From IMG/VR virus record IMGVR_UViG_3300043466_001519, positions 49,986 to 113,985 of that record: a stretch of DNA of 64,000 nt; one strand, written 5' to 3'. Numbering within the stretch: the first letter of the stretch is position 1; the number at the start of each line of letters is the position of its first letter. The notes below the pieces were generated by a model. That model saw only the letters and a list, made by a program, of their open reading frames with translations. It made no database searches and was not told the origin of the DNA. This DNA is from a virus (taxonomy: Duplodnaviria > Caudoviricetes). A program made the position numbers and the translations under genes. Below, one piece after another: positions 31,801 to 39,329 of the stretch.

Positions 31801-33109
31801 TTCAGGATCTTTTGTTAAAGAATTAAAAGATAAGATATTTGACTATAGAGATGCATTCTCTGAGGTGTTAATGTCAGATAGAGGTAATGTTAGACAAGTA
31901 ATGCAAAATGTTTTAGAGCCATATACAGATATGTCTGATAGAGATTTTGTTAAGCTTTCACAAAAAGCTGTAAATGATCTTTTTGATTGGGCTGTACAAA
32001 CAAAAACAAACGTTAATACAAAGATAGCTACAATATTATTAGGATCAGAAACAGAGAAATCTGCTGCTGAACAAATTATTGATTATAGAGACTCTATATT
32101 AGGCAATCCTGTAAAAGGAATAGCTCCTAAACCAGAACATAAATTATTCAATAACATCATTCTTAATTCGTTATCTATAGATCAAAACGATAAACAAGGA
32201 GGTAAAAAAGGTGCTCCTGTTAATCTTATATTAGACAATAGAGAAAACAAAGTGGCTGACCAAAACTTAACAATATATGGATTCAATGAGTTAAGAGAAA
32301 CATTGAAAGAAGAGAATAATTTAAAACTTTATGGTAAATTAACTAGACTTGCATTGTTGCAATCTGGTCTTACTAATTCTCCTATATCATTCACTAACTT
32401 ACTTCCTTATAATGATTTTAAAGGATTGTATCAAGATACCTTGTCTATATTAGAAAAACTTCCTAACTTAGCAAAATTTCAAGAACTAAATGTTTTTGAG
32501 AGAAACAATTGGAATAATAGTGATGTAGTTACATATAAAAGAGCTACGTTATATTTTGGAGAAGATTACGTATCTAATTTAGATATAGATACATTAATCA
32601 AACCATTAAAAACTGCTGTAAAAAATAATGTTATTCCTAAATTAGTTGGACTTAGTCCAATGTCAGAAGCTGGTAGATCAGATTTCATTGTTTATTCTTA
32701 TGAAGATGTTATTTCTTCAGAGCAAAGAATACTAAGAAGAAAAACTGGTAATACAGAACATCAACATAAAATGCTAATGCAGAAAGTGTATACAATAGAT
32801 GAGAATAATAAAAGAGTTCCTCTTCTTCATATCACTGAAAAGAATGGTGTTGTTTATACTAAACATGTATATAAAGCAATCAATGCATGGGGTGATTCAT
32901 TTAGAGCACAAGAGTTTTATACAACAAATCAACAATCAGTCCTTGACAATGGATTTGATAAAGTGAATGAAGTGGAAGATGATGTTATTGTAGATATATA
33001 TAATGGTGGTGCTGTTACTTCTGTACCAACTATAAGTGAAAAACCTAGTACAAATGATGTTGTAAATGCACTTAATAAAGATAACATAATAGATAAAAAT
33101 TGTAAATAA
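19886..33109 (+). CDS. giant virion-packaged DNA-dependent RNA polymerase polyprotein (crAss/phi14:2 gp66-like)
   Basis: 4407 aa; catalytic loop AGSDFDIDK (30338-30355) preceded by FRIP; ETDG motif; zincin-like YHEVFEAV at 26063. Confidence 0.9.
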   Translation: MAKESFNFQGEEIIASNLGGVKPQLPVYNTPLPNFTNIDGEIGKRSVDDIFSNALLQNADSRIESIPLSSISTDKRYPYVFRGSNPEEMYAQQQQWTEKAFNDTLKFTNLVGTTIAGGFGMMYGVGKWALPGGKFSDIWENEAMQGLDEWNTKLDNEILPNYYKQSETDSEWYDKDNWLTANFLFDKLFKNSAYAFGAMLSGNIANGLIGTAGAGIGEWATAQALASDAANASRAFKMFTPMLRSTARAFSAGKNIEAAQVLTSELSSIADASVKSSKLFDIAKQANKFAGVNDFGRKTAIAAYSSAGEASFEALNTSKHFREKLINDYFYENGVMPIGEELEKINNVSREVGATSFLGNMALLTVTEFNQLKYLMGSSYRESKRMANSLIGETDDIILKDKKYALDTPDTKRGKIYQSTLKTAKNIVTGKATYAFDTKEALQEMSQYALEIGVQNYYDKAYKGQEAENIVDKYLDIAGYGLFGRDAEGEGVGALVSKEGIESGVIGGITGGLMQARGQYSQAKERKTNTEKLIEQLNSGASFKDAFVDKLQSVNRGVQLQKEQEAAIINGDKLEYYDSKTDTLHNYLATRVKFGKFDMIMEDLEELKQMASSEEGLESLKTQGYGNINDNIQSFNKTLTQIQDSAKAMSELYSYVNLTYGGQTITDDSGKEYKKYSNDVLDKMVYAATKIADYDKRIPLVSESLLKQNILINDVISEVISNPKSDRLTEEIKNIDGLDPNVYTKDKKDQLKNDLLETVELALRRKKFISDYNDIITSPENYKEVEKTKLDENGNIVPKETITVKVKDGKTGQVVDKKIEIGTEYLLGKVVKYDKDGNEVIQDPVLTILADNGDGTYKIKDNKGIRDVSAQVLEDYQLSKLSDIKSDKKKNYVYVNRNNTFSNKLIKDANGNPVIGRLEYTANKDRLIFVYKNEKGKVIRREVYNNMFKAKEGFKEAIITKVGEYTAEEQQAAEEFVNAPTTISQRLQTRNNIMLDLYDKSVKRLDEITKKLSTSKERTAKAIEALENQLAAESLTKAGKPRKNQTPAMKKIINELSSLQELITKENEQLLSEKEELESNIPFFKEFLDNLDSLPESGREMINLLKSDINTLEDLIDITNKAIKDNDSLLKQIEDALMKALSIFNDYIKRLKQENPGVPLFIDDLQANLEKVLGEEGAQYYIDNKQGITSQVVELESDINDFSAELKIPALNKKAEELVKDITDLKEGLDKLVSEQIAKQEILSAFQQFAIDTERQKQEAAQMQRNVTLGQELLGTLTGSVQNFFGTRPYEQEAKKDKLAVVGSTKPFTEDTAERPLPGYAARVNHFGARVSDMDNVDDLRGVIVTANTEDQILSGLTEAFISEDIPGNTPADIKRKEDIRKEVIFLVVTENGQLVDKDGKLIPGKSAEETQEEYNKRLYNNAIFQVFPSASLTSKGQDGKVGSMFRDTVPQYERDSLKEQYKAWRETQLANTTLDKKGQKFKTSFGNLEFVKYKNADGTISNDTSARTSAQDAGLLDKGILNRDAVITVATTNDDKSEGSVSFKSPKGRVFLRIPGQGLVRLYNKKFNKDESETIFDAMLNLAKNASANGSLYGNEKEEVNKNILNWLKSVVYWGIAKYPDGTRKPAGYNNIWFEDVLENGKPVKKLFMSGLQKESQAYFDFTPQGLINSKQDILGLLGQMYANTDAKKVNIDTYNAPYDEILRFDNLGNPVTRTWPNYQTYLLSGNIVDKDGNVIGKRTGKEIPLTTQVRPLTSAEDTNRKGVYFTLNSSVEYTVPAAPVVAPVVVTPTPTPAPVVTPQQQPTTPGQYDLNGTTENSITIGGKPDGKGGVTPIYNINFTFDISKISEYLKGLTDFTSLYENGALTKEFLNILKDNKVVTYIDTTDNTNGISAFVKAVGENTAEAVSLNKIFEAVAPQIVSEMIPVQPAIADEAPVVESPVVQPEGPVSDIENNEEVITPEEVVPTTELPEGFINLDDIEDVDVDRSEMRVAQAIDKLDQFKTEDWTKLEEAFAKMLPNIPFYRVKNMIKGTNGRQAWGMLHDAAIYVYENAEEGTAYHEVFEAVWKMFAGPAQKQAIINEFKARKGTFVDRESGKTIEYKNATAYQIKEQLAEEFREAVLNDKLGVPRESKTLIGRLFSQLIDAIKAFFTGENAQRNTKELFNRIGNGYYAQFNPYETQLSYAKKGIIDIENAQANADSEMRSTTIPEIEMHDIIQHMTFLTLTRLSLNNESVFTINDQKESELYPALKLGILKLLAGQKKLNNILVTEGKTTLEKATRLNNNIDTLSYNIQMEWAEITKNHKAHLKTFDVQFDESDDSILNSEENTGRGEPDGSNKIDSYRKANAALKLVLSTLPVTQVVNGRIDWFPSSIGGVTLIPADQIHIDLKSNLHSSMDIEDMLLGLKTMAENNPNYNALFRRLTGNSADVGLDINTIQEHDFQLAAALWKSISMQNPDVITVFLQEDGDVVVSNSTLSSAAKQAKKEMINDIISTLKADQSKYFRYVPATGKYYAKDNLKALQFDGANLKQYVDFLNSIGIQFNERDVADLKSDQISAFKKSVGYIREELSKVGDTKIVRDANNNDVEEDGGITTINTKTLNIDGDLLRLAIVKAVIENTEFQSTYFNINGERTQSFIGTNLISALHNTLSRLKNIEELQNDPRYKRFAYLAANNDAFVQGSQVLKKMFDIVGPDSTGKRRSGAEELLKPVIVDGIVDEETGKKKEASKVTYRQRLIQEVNLNLSGIFMNLVPGDASLEHAIRMYNKENPFVSENELSNKNYLDIFKDYFISEVELAKENRNTAKDNGKDLRFFKAILGDDVHKKIASKINKSTDAEQLYKDNEQAINSAVEAFIKQETADTEELLRAYDIITIEDSIVKVDKVNLFKKGEAVTQAGLNTKLKALSINYIIANIEMHKLIYSDPYQYNDELKRIKNFTSPGQPLVPSSQAIDARLNEIYNKGFKPGDIGYTDMTQDYFKSVTVADVLSTNENIGYDVPYEETDGAGLITLKAYRVFALRAGTWTANNEKQYRFDVAFEELVKSGADETAIKKFLKGNPGIKDTYTPVKPIVRGNKENGRTYNDIVLHKFALAPLSFRILYELNPESNAIKLYNKMQKENIDYAVFASGGKVGNEKISPLYKANGEFDNTPFEDAAELKGNLKDNVKRAVSKIPFTIVAVQSEVPSKDAPIVTQGSQITKLATMDYLESGVPVDFMPGKEFEERFIAWLGLEDKSSYNDGNNIYNEIINNQKLLEARIEDAVESLYKKLGIEETINEEGDREWRIEDRDKLVNTLTEEIGKREINYNITDAFEGFVKGDVILEATPVYQQVRNILYSIADKTIVRPKISGGMKVQVSSALLESVRAEGKPVLDSKGNPTFNKDGSPKLVYSSEELAFYKNEDGKRVCEIMLGRWFKSNKSDAELMDYFNNDPEGKKEFEALMGVAFRIPTQKQNSIDVFKIKQFLPKDFGDSVIIPSALVKKAGSDFDIDKLSIYLKNLYTDGQGKLRVVPFFGYGEQAKDKFKELYDKKLFGKIDTTTSKIFNQDALRELFRDVSFGKASSTAMEKWVPIFKEMFEEAMIDDSLATNIVEEIFQDRFESLGKKLDVLTNEDLQKTLSKIFVQDMYKKSLENAYIQSLENLISNSLNYENLVKPNDATPLKNLSEKIQEEMGYDKADFGNVGNMLSRGFMSNLRQSFVGGKQALGIAAQGQTGHAQRQRSVTYVDVDRLQGDLIDDVDKTILGNDPDSNLFATDTDINFQEYNSATINGVKRPMLSWIKNKAGEYISDINGMFIDGYVDISKGDWIIKLGATTNTASTWLFLIDLGVPIETVGYFMNQPIIKDYLRAIENKGYSWLYIEDMIADKLNDYSPSKEFLKSGTSVKGIPSETDLFKMLKYNNAVPKANMTDLQKLQQQYMLKEFLKYSKMASHMFNVSQASNYDTATINDPYLVFKKMVQLEKARKTIISSVDDIISGSFVKELKDKIFDYRDAFSEVLMSDRGNVRQVMQNVLEPYTDMSDRDFVKLSQKAVNDLFDWAVQTKTNVNTKIATILLGSETEKSAAEQIIDYRDSILGNPVKGIAPKPEHKLFNNIILNSLSIDQNDKQGGKKGAPVNLILDNRENKVADQNLTIYGFNELRETLKEENNLKLYGKLTRLALLQSGLTNSPISFTNLLPYNDFKGLYQDTLSILEKLPNLAKFQELNVFERNNWNNSDVVTYKRATLYFGEDYVSNLDIDTLIKPLKTAVKNNVIPKLVGLSPMSEAGRSDFIVYSYEDVISSEQRILRRKTGNTEHQHKMLMQKVYTIDENNKRVPLLHITEKNGVVYTKHVYKAINAWGDSFRAQEFYTTNQQSVLDNGFDKVNEVEDDVIVDIYNGGAVTSVPTISEKPSTNDVVNALNKDNIIDKNCK

Positions 33110-36100
33110 TGAGTTGTATAATAACATATAATAATCAACAAATGACTCAAGAGGAATTTGTTGAAAAACATATTCCTAAACAAGGAGAGATTATAGAATA
33201 TGACGGAGTTGAATATATGGTTCATGATTCTAATCGTGTAGGTTCTCAGTTTTTAAATCAAGAAGCTCTCTCAGAAGAATCTTATAACACACAGTATGAA
33301 GCAATAGGTACTGCTGATCAAATTCCATTTTATAATTTAGATCCTGTAGGTAAAGGAACTGTAGAATTAGGATTTGATCCAATTTTTAATATACCTCTTA
33401 CTGCTCTTTTACAAGATGGTTTTACTAAAACAGGTAAAACTTTTGACTATGAACAATATAAAAATGTATTTGGTCAAGGTTCTGCAGAACAAGACTTAAT
33501 GTTTCAATCAGAAGATATGCCTGCATCTAAAGCTTCAGAAGAGACTGTAGCTATAATGAGACAAGCTGCAGAACAAATGGGTATTGATATTCAAGACTTA
33601 TTAGACTATGCTAAATCTAATCCTGAAATAGATGTAAAAAATGTAAATGGTCTTGCTGATATTATAAAAGGAGCAGTGGCTATTGCACAAGGTAAAGAAG
33701 GTGTAGCATTGGTTGAAGAAATAGTTCACATTACAACAGCTATATTAGAACAAACTGATCCAAAGTTTATAACAGAACTTATTAGTAAGATAGATAGATT
33801 TAAAATCTACAAACAAGTGCTAGCAGTTTATAGTAAGAAGAAAGAATATCAACTAGCTAATGGTAAACCTAACATTAGAAAGATAAAGAAAGAAGCTGTA
33901 GATAAACTTATATCTGAAGTGGTAATTTATCAATCTGAGGGCTCTACAGAGTATCCAGAACTAATGGAAGAGGAAACTAGAAACATGATTCAGAAGTTAT
34001 GGGAAATGATTCTTGATAAGCTTAGAGGTGTGTATAGAAAATCTAACATTGATATATTCCAAACAGCAGGAACAATAGTTAAATCTGGTAAAGCTGGTAC
34101 AGTTGCTGATATAAAAACTGATGGAATTTATTTTCAAGTAGATGATAGTGTAACAAATAAAATTACTGACTTTTGGAATAAGGCTAAAGAGTATTCTAAA
34201 GATATGATATTGCATCCTGAAATAAAAGATGCTCAAGGTAATATAACTCAAAAAAGACATTATACATTTAAAGGAGAAAAAGTAGCTACCACTATTACAG
34301 AAAAAATTAAGAAGAATAAAAAATTTCCAGAAAGATCAGAAGCAGATAAAGCTGTAGATGATCAAAAGAAAGATTGGGGAGATGCAGGTCACTTGTTTCA
34401 ACAACAGGATCTGGAAACTAATTTCATTGATAAAACTACAGGATTTGCTTATGCACAACCATTAAATAATAGAATAGATTCTAAACTTCCTTTTGATTTA
34501 CAGAAAAAGTTACATAATTTTAATAAAGAGTTAATTGCAAGTTATCCTCCTGGAACAAGATTTCTTATAGAAGAAAAAGTGATCAATCTTAAAGAAAAAG
34601 GTATGATTGGTTCCACTGTGGATTTTAAAGCCATTTATCCTGCACAAAAGAAAGATGGAAGTTGGGACATGAAAATTGATAATCTTGACTGGAAATTTAC
34701 CACTGTAGATAAAACCAGATATGATGATATATCAAGAGATAAAATAAAAGACTGGGTTCCTCAAATGGGACAGTTTGTTGCTATTGATTATACATATGGA
34801 GCTAACCAAAATCAAATAGGTAAAGCTCGTATGATTCCTTTTATAATGAATTATAATTATAGAATAGCAGGAGATAAAAAATCTGGATTAGTTCCAGAAT
34901 CTATAGAAATAGGTAAATTAGATTCTCTTAAGGAAACTAATCTTTATTTACTTCCTGTTCCAATCTTATCTGAAACTACAGGTAATGAGCAAGTAGATAA
35001 ATTAATTAATTCATTACAATCTCAATGGGATAAGTTATATAGTAAACCTGTAACATTTGAAGGAAAAGATAAAAGAATTGCTGACCTATCTGAATTAAGT
35101 AAAGCTATTCGTTTCTTACATTTAAAACTTGATTTTGAACCATTAGTTAATGTTGGTAAAACATTTTTAAACAATGCTGCTGATGTATTAAAAGACTTTA
35201 AAAATATAAAATTTGCAGAGCTAAATGATGTAGAATTGAATAAAAAATTGGAAGACTTGATTGCTTATGAAGAAGGAGCAAAAAAATATTCAGATTTAGA
35301 TGAAGCATTTCTTTCATACTATCCTAGAAAAGAATTAAATTCAGAAGGACAAAAGATAGTTAATGATCTTACTAATATAGGAAGAGCTACAGAGAACATG
35401 ATTAAAGAGATAAAAGATCTTCAGAAACAATTTGTTGTAGAAATAGCTTTAAGAGAAAAGTTTACAACAGAAGATACACAATTATCTGTATTAGATGCAG
35501 AAGCTACTATCTCTGGCATAGAGAAATCTTTTGCAGAAGGAAGTAAACTATCTTCTAAATTGATAAACTTAGCTACTAATTTTATAATGGTAGCTAAAAA
35601 AGTTGTTGATGGAAAAATTAGAAAACAAATTAAACAATTTGGAGAGTTAATTGTTCCATTAGAACAAGAAGCAAAAGCTAAAGGAGTAAAAGCTTTTGAT
35701 ATGATAGCTACAAAATCTGACAAAGGACTTTCTCTTATCAAAAAAATTAATCCAGAATTTTGGAAGAAGGTTAATAAAGCTAAAGAGGATAAGAACAAAC
35801 AATTCTTTTTAGATAACTTAAATCTAGATGAGTATAATGCTTTGGCCAAAACAGCTATAGAACAAAGAATAAGTGATGCTAGTAAAAGACAATATGCTTC
35901 AGATCCAGAAACTAATGAGAGATATAAAGAATATGCTATAGAAGCTGTAAAAAATGCATTAGATATAACTAGTGACTCTTTTAATGGATATAATGATAGA
36001 ACGTTTGGTTATTTATTTAACAAATCTTTTAAAGAAGAGAAAAACTACTCAAAGGAATACTTAGAAATGTCTAAAAGTAAAGCAGCTTTAGATGTTTGGA

Positions 36101-38148
36101 ACTTTTTTACTAATTTAAATAAAAGAGCAGAATCAATGGGTTACATTGGTGAACACCAAGATTCATTCTTTCCGTTAATGGAAGCTACTATATTAGAAAA
36201 GTTTTATCAAACTAGTAATATAGGATTTCAAACAAAAGATTTCTTTCAAGATTTTTACAAGATAAAAGTTAATGAAGAGCAACAGTTTTCTAAACTTGAT
36301 CCTGAAACAGGAAAAGTCAAAAAGATTATTCCTAAATTTTTTACAAGAACAGATAAGGCAGTTGAACAACTTTCTACAGATCTTAATAAAGTGGGAAGTC
36401 TTTGGATTAAATCATTAGAAGAATATGAGAGTAAAAAGAACTTAGAAAGTGTATTAACTACATTACATTCTGTAGAGAAAGCCAAAGGAAGTCTTATTGT
36501 GGAAAATGGTAAAGTGGTGTTTGAAAATAGAATAGCTAAAACTAATGATTCTGAAAACAAAAATGCAGATTTATTACAAGTAATAATTGATGATGAGTTG
36601 TATGGATTAAGAGAAAATCAAAGTTCATTAGGAAACATTGCTATTTCTGCACTGTCTTCTAAATTAGGTAAAACAGAAGAAGGAGTTGAGAAATTTGAGG
36701 TGGGTACAAAGAAAGTGATTGCTACAGCAGATACATGGGTACAATCATTAGCTGTAGGACTTAAACCAGCAATTGGTATAGCTAACTGGTTTGGTAACCA
36801 ATTCTTAGCTTTTATACAAGCAGGTGGATTTTATAATTTTTGGACTGATTTTGAAAAAAATAATGTAAGAGTTTGTACAGGTCAAATGTCTACTATAGAA
36901 AGAGGACTTTTAGATCTTATACATCCTTTAAATGAAGATGTAACAGAAGAAGAAAGAAGAAGTCTTGCTTGGAAACAAGGATTTACTAAATATCTTTCTA
37001 CATGGTCTTTTACAGATGTGATGCAAATTACTAACTCTTTTCCTGAAAGAAAGTTACAATATGCTAATGCATTAAGCTTTATTGATAACTCAATTGTAAT
37101 TGATGGTGAGATTCGTAACATAAGAAAATATTTAAAAGAACAAGATAGAAAAACTAAATACAATCTATCTGTTAGTGAAAGAAAATCATTAGAATCTACA
37201 TTTGAAAATAGAGTGACTGAATTAAAAAAAGCTCCAAATGCTTTAAAGAATATAGCAAAGATAGAAAATGGAGAGGTAGTTATACCAGGTGTAAGTGATT
37301 TAAACATTGCTAAATTTAGTTTACAAGTATCAGAATATGGTAGAACATTGAATGGACAAATGAGTCTTACTAATAAAGCTGATTATAGAAGAGATACAAT
37401 GTTCAGTTCATTTATGATGTTCAAAAACTGGATACCTAAATTAGTTACTGCTAGAGGTATGGATATTAAGAAAAATGTTGAACTTGATACATGGGAATAT
37501 GGTAGAACAAGAGCATTTTTTAAAACAGTTGCGTTCTTAGGTAAGTCAAATATAACATCTATGATTGATATCATTAATGGTACTGAAAAAGGACTTAAGA
37601 TATTAGATGAGTTATTAGAAGCTAAGAAGATAGAACATTACAAAAAAACTGGACAAGAGTTAGAAATAACACAAGAAGAGTTTTATGATCTTATGAGAGA
37701 ACAATTAGTTAATCAATCAAAAGAGTTTGCTTTATTGTTTGGAACATTAGCCTTAGTACTTGCTGCAGCAGCAGCAGAACCACCAGAAGATGCAACAGAT
37801 GCTGAAAAAAATGCATATAAATGGTATAGTAAATTGATAAATAAAATTTCTGATGAGGTGTCATTTTATTACAATCCTATATCATTTGAGTCTATAACTA
37901 AAGGAAGTTTACTTCCATCTGTAGGACTCTTATCTAAAGGATTAAAAATTGTACAGCAATTATCTTTAGAAGGATATGGTATGGCTACAGATGATGAAGA
38001 AATGATGAAGAAAGCACATGCATTAAAATACGCATTCAATATTGTTCCAGGACTATCTCAATTACAAAATGAAGTACTTCCTTATTTGTATCCAGAATTA
38101 GCAAAAGAACAAGGTATACGAGTTACTGGTGAATCTAGAAGACAGTAA
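33109..38148 (+). CDS. large cargo/ejection protein with degenerate zincin-like and PD-(D/E)XK-like regions
   Basis: 1679 aa; EEIVH; G..H...E...D...DWK...Q pattern; hydrophobic helix near C-terminus; follows RNAP as in crAss genomes. Confidence 0.65.
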   Translation: MSCIITYNNQQMTQEEFVEKHIPKQGEIIEYDGVEYMVHDSNRVGSQFLNQEALSEESYNTQYEAIGTADQIPFYNLDPVGKGTVELGFDPIFNIPLTALLQDGFTKTGKTFDYEQYKNVFGQGSAEQDLMFQSEDMPASKASEETVAIMRQAAEQMGIDIQDLLDYAKSNPEIDVKNVNGLADIIKGAVAIAQGKEGVALVEEIVHITTAILEQTDPKFITELISKIDRFKIYKQVLAVYSKKKEYQLANGKPNIRKIKKEAVDKLISEVVIYQSEGSTEYPELMEEETRNMIQKLWEMILDKLRGVYRKSNIDIFQTAGTIVKSGKAGTVADIKTDGIYFQVDDSVTNKITDFWNKAKEYSKDMILHPEIKDAQGNITQKRHYTFKGEKVATTITEKIKKNKKFPERSEADKAVDDQKKDWGDAGHLFQQQDLETNFIDKTTGFAYAQPLNNRIDSKLPFDLQKKLHNFNKELIASYPPGTRFLIEEKVINLKEKGMIGSTVDFKAIYPAQKKDGSWDMKIDNLDWKFTTVDKTRYDDISRDKIKDWVPQMGQFVAIDYTYGANQNQIGKARMIPFIMNYNYRIAGDKKSGLVPESIEIGKLDSLKETNLYLLPVPILSETTGNEQVDKLINSLQSQWDKLYSKPVTFEGKDKRIADLSELSKAIRFLHLKLDFEPLVNVGKTFLNNAADVLKDFKNIKFAELNDVELNKKLEDLIAYEEGAKKYSDLDEAFLSYYPRKELNSEGQKIVNDLTNIGRATENMIKEIKDLQKQFVVEIALREKFTTEDTQLSVLDAEATISGIEKSFAEGSKLSSKLINLATNFIMVAKKVVDGKIRKQIKQFGELIVPLEQEAKAKGVKAFDMIATKSDKGLSLIKKINPEFWKKVNKAKEDKNKQFFLDNLNLDEYNALAKTAIEQRISDASKRQYASDPETNERYKEYAIEAVKNALDITSDSFNGYNDRTFGYLFNKSFKEEKNYSKEYLEMSKSKAALDVWNFFTNLNKRAESMGYIGEHQDSFFPLMEATILEKFYQTSNIGFQTKDFFQDFYKIKVNEEQQFSKLDPETGKVKKIIPKFFTRTDKAVEQLSTDLNKVGSLWIKSLEEYESKKNLESVLTTLHSVEKAKGSLIVENGKVVFENRIAKTNDSENKNADLLQVIIDDELYGLRENQSSLGNIAISALSSKLGKTEEGVEKFEVGTKKVIATADTWVQSLAVGLKPAIGIANWFGNQFLAFIQAGGFYNFWTDFEKNNVRVCTGQMSTIERGLLDLIHPLNEDVTEEERRSLAWKQGFTKYLSTWSFTDVMQITNSFPERKLQYANALSFIDNSIVIDGEIRNIRKYLKEQDRKTKYNLSVSERKSLESTFENRVTELKKAPNALKNIAKIENGEVVIPGVSDLNIAKFSLQVSEYGRTLNGQMSLTNKADYRRDTMFSSFMMFKNWIPKLVTARGMDIKKNVELDTWEYGRTRAFFKTVAFLGKSNITSMIDIINGTEKGLKILDELLEAKKIEHYKKTGQELEITQEEFYDLMREQLVNQSKEFALLFGTLALVLAAAAAEPPEDATDAEKNAYKWYSKLINKISDEVSFYYNPISFESITKGSLLPSVGLLSKGLKIVQQLSLEGYGMATDDEEMMKKAHALKYAFNIVPGLSQLQNEVLPYLYPELAKEQGIRVTGESRRQ

Positions 38149-38149
38149 C

Positions 38150-38212
38150 GCTATATTATAGCAAATATCTAACATACACCCTTTTATAATACATAATTAA
38201 TATATAAATTTG
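38150..38212 (+). promoter_or_regulatory. promoter with GCTATATTATAGC palindrome
   Basis: Palindrome 38150-38162; TAAATTTG 38205-38212. Confidence 0.5.
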
Positions 38213-38217
38213 CTCAC

Positions 38218-38607
38218 ATGAGAACAGCTGCAATTTGCCCAACGTGTGCCACATATGAAAATGCTAAATGCATTATATACAATGGCTCTTATTTAACTAA
38301 TATACAAGCCAATCCTTTAGAAAGTCTTGAGTCTATATTAGCTAAAATAAATAATAACTTGGTACCAAAAACTGGTACCACTGCTCCTACTACTTCTGCT
38401 ACATATATAGGACAGCTTTATTTGAATACAACTAATTCTATATTATACTTTGCTAAGTCAGTAGGTGCTGGATCAAATGATTGGAGTATTGTATTAACAA
38501 CACCTAAAATCACTCCTCAATATTCTGATAATGCTTCTGCTATATTTGCAGGATTGAGTGTTGGTCAAATATATCGTACAGGAGATCTTTTAAAGATTGT
38601 TCACTAA
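38218..38607 (+). CDS. small putative structural protein
   Basis: CPTC; YNG..L.....L..IL.KI module shared with ORF 88; C-terminal DNASA..AGL.VGQ.YRTG. Confidence 0.7.
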   Translation: MRTAAICPTCATYENAKCIIYNGSYLTNIQANPLESLESILAKINNNLVPKTGTTAPTTSATYIGQLYLNTTNSILYFAKSVGAGSNDWSIVLTTPKITPQYSDNASAIFAGLSVGQIYRTGDLLKIVH

Positions 38608-38639
38608 GAACAAGCTCTACGTAAATATATTTACCTTAT

Positions 38640-38702
38640 GCTATATTATATCAGAAATATAATATTAGCATTTCTTTATATGGAATAAACAATTTATATT
38701 TG
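38640..38702 (+). promoter_or_regulatory. promoter for lysis cassette
   Basis: GCTATATTATA 38640-38650; TATATTTG 38695-38702. Confidence 0.55.
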
Positions 38703-38797
38703 TTCTTTAATTATATATGTAACCAACAAACCCACTCAACTTCGAGCTTGGGCATTTTGCGTTTAAATAAGTAATATATATAAAAATCTTTACCAGT

Positions 38798-39115
38798 ATG
38801 GCCCAATCATTTGAACAACAAGTAGAAAAAGAATTGAAGAGCATGGATCAACGCCTATATGATCTTGAGGAAAAAATGACCTCTATAGATACAAAATTAA
38901 GTCAAGTAGTAGATGCTATCTTGGGAAATGCTTTAACTAAGACTGGCGGTTTTGTTAAAGACATTGAAGATCTAAAACTAAAAATAAAAGATTTAGAAAC
39001 TAAACTTCAGAAACAAGAGGAGTTTAAGAAGAGATTCACATGGACAATTGGTATCATTGTTGCTGTTGGAGCTACGTTGCAATATCTAGCAAACATATAT
39101 AGTAAAATCAAATAA
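38798..39115 (+). CDS. membrane protein, coiled coil plus C-terminal TM (holin/antiholin-like)
   Basis: C-terminal hydrophobic helix; first gene of lysis cluster. Confidence 0.55.
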   Translation: MAQSFEQQVEKELKSMDQRLYDLEEKMTSIDTKLSQVVDAILGNALTKTGGFVKDIEDLKLKIKDLETKLQKQEEFKKRFTWTIGIIVAVGATLQYLANIYSKIK

Positions 39116-39116
39116 T

Positions 39117-39329
39117 ATGAGCAGAAATGAAAAAATAGATCTTTACTTAAAGAAATGGATAAGTAGAAAGTTAACAGTTTTTGTTGTTGCTTCTGTTGCA
39201 TTATTCTTTAGTAGAGTTGATTCAGATAACTGGACAATAGTAGCTACAATGTACATAGCTGTAGAAGGCGCTACAAACATAGCAGAACGTTTAATGAAAA
39301 CTAAATCAAATGTTACTGAACAAAATTAA
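39117..39329 (+). CDS. putative holin
   Basis: 70 aa, SRKL followed by two hydrophobic helices; upstream of endolysin. Confidence 0.65.
   Translation: MSRNEKIDLYLKKWISRKLTVFVVASVALFFSRVDSDNWTIVATMYIAVEGATNIAERLMKTKSNVTEQN

Noticed and set aside
19886-33109. Intein in the RNAP (or in RecA)
   Set aside because: No C/S...HN-C/S/T splice motifs or LAGLIDADG blocks recognised; RecA is normal length
21117-37574. Many short antisense ORFs inside the giant genes
   Set aside because: Fully overlap long sense ORFs, with F/L/S/I-rich shadow composition and no motifs
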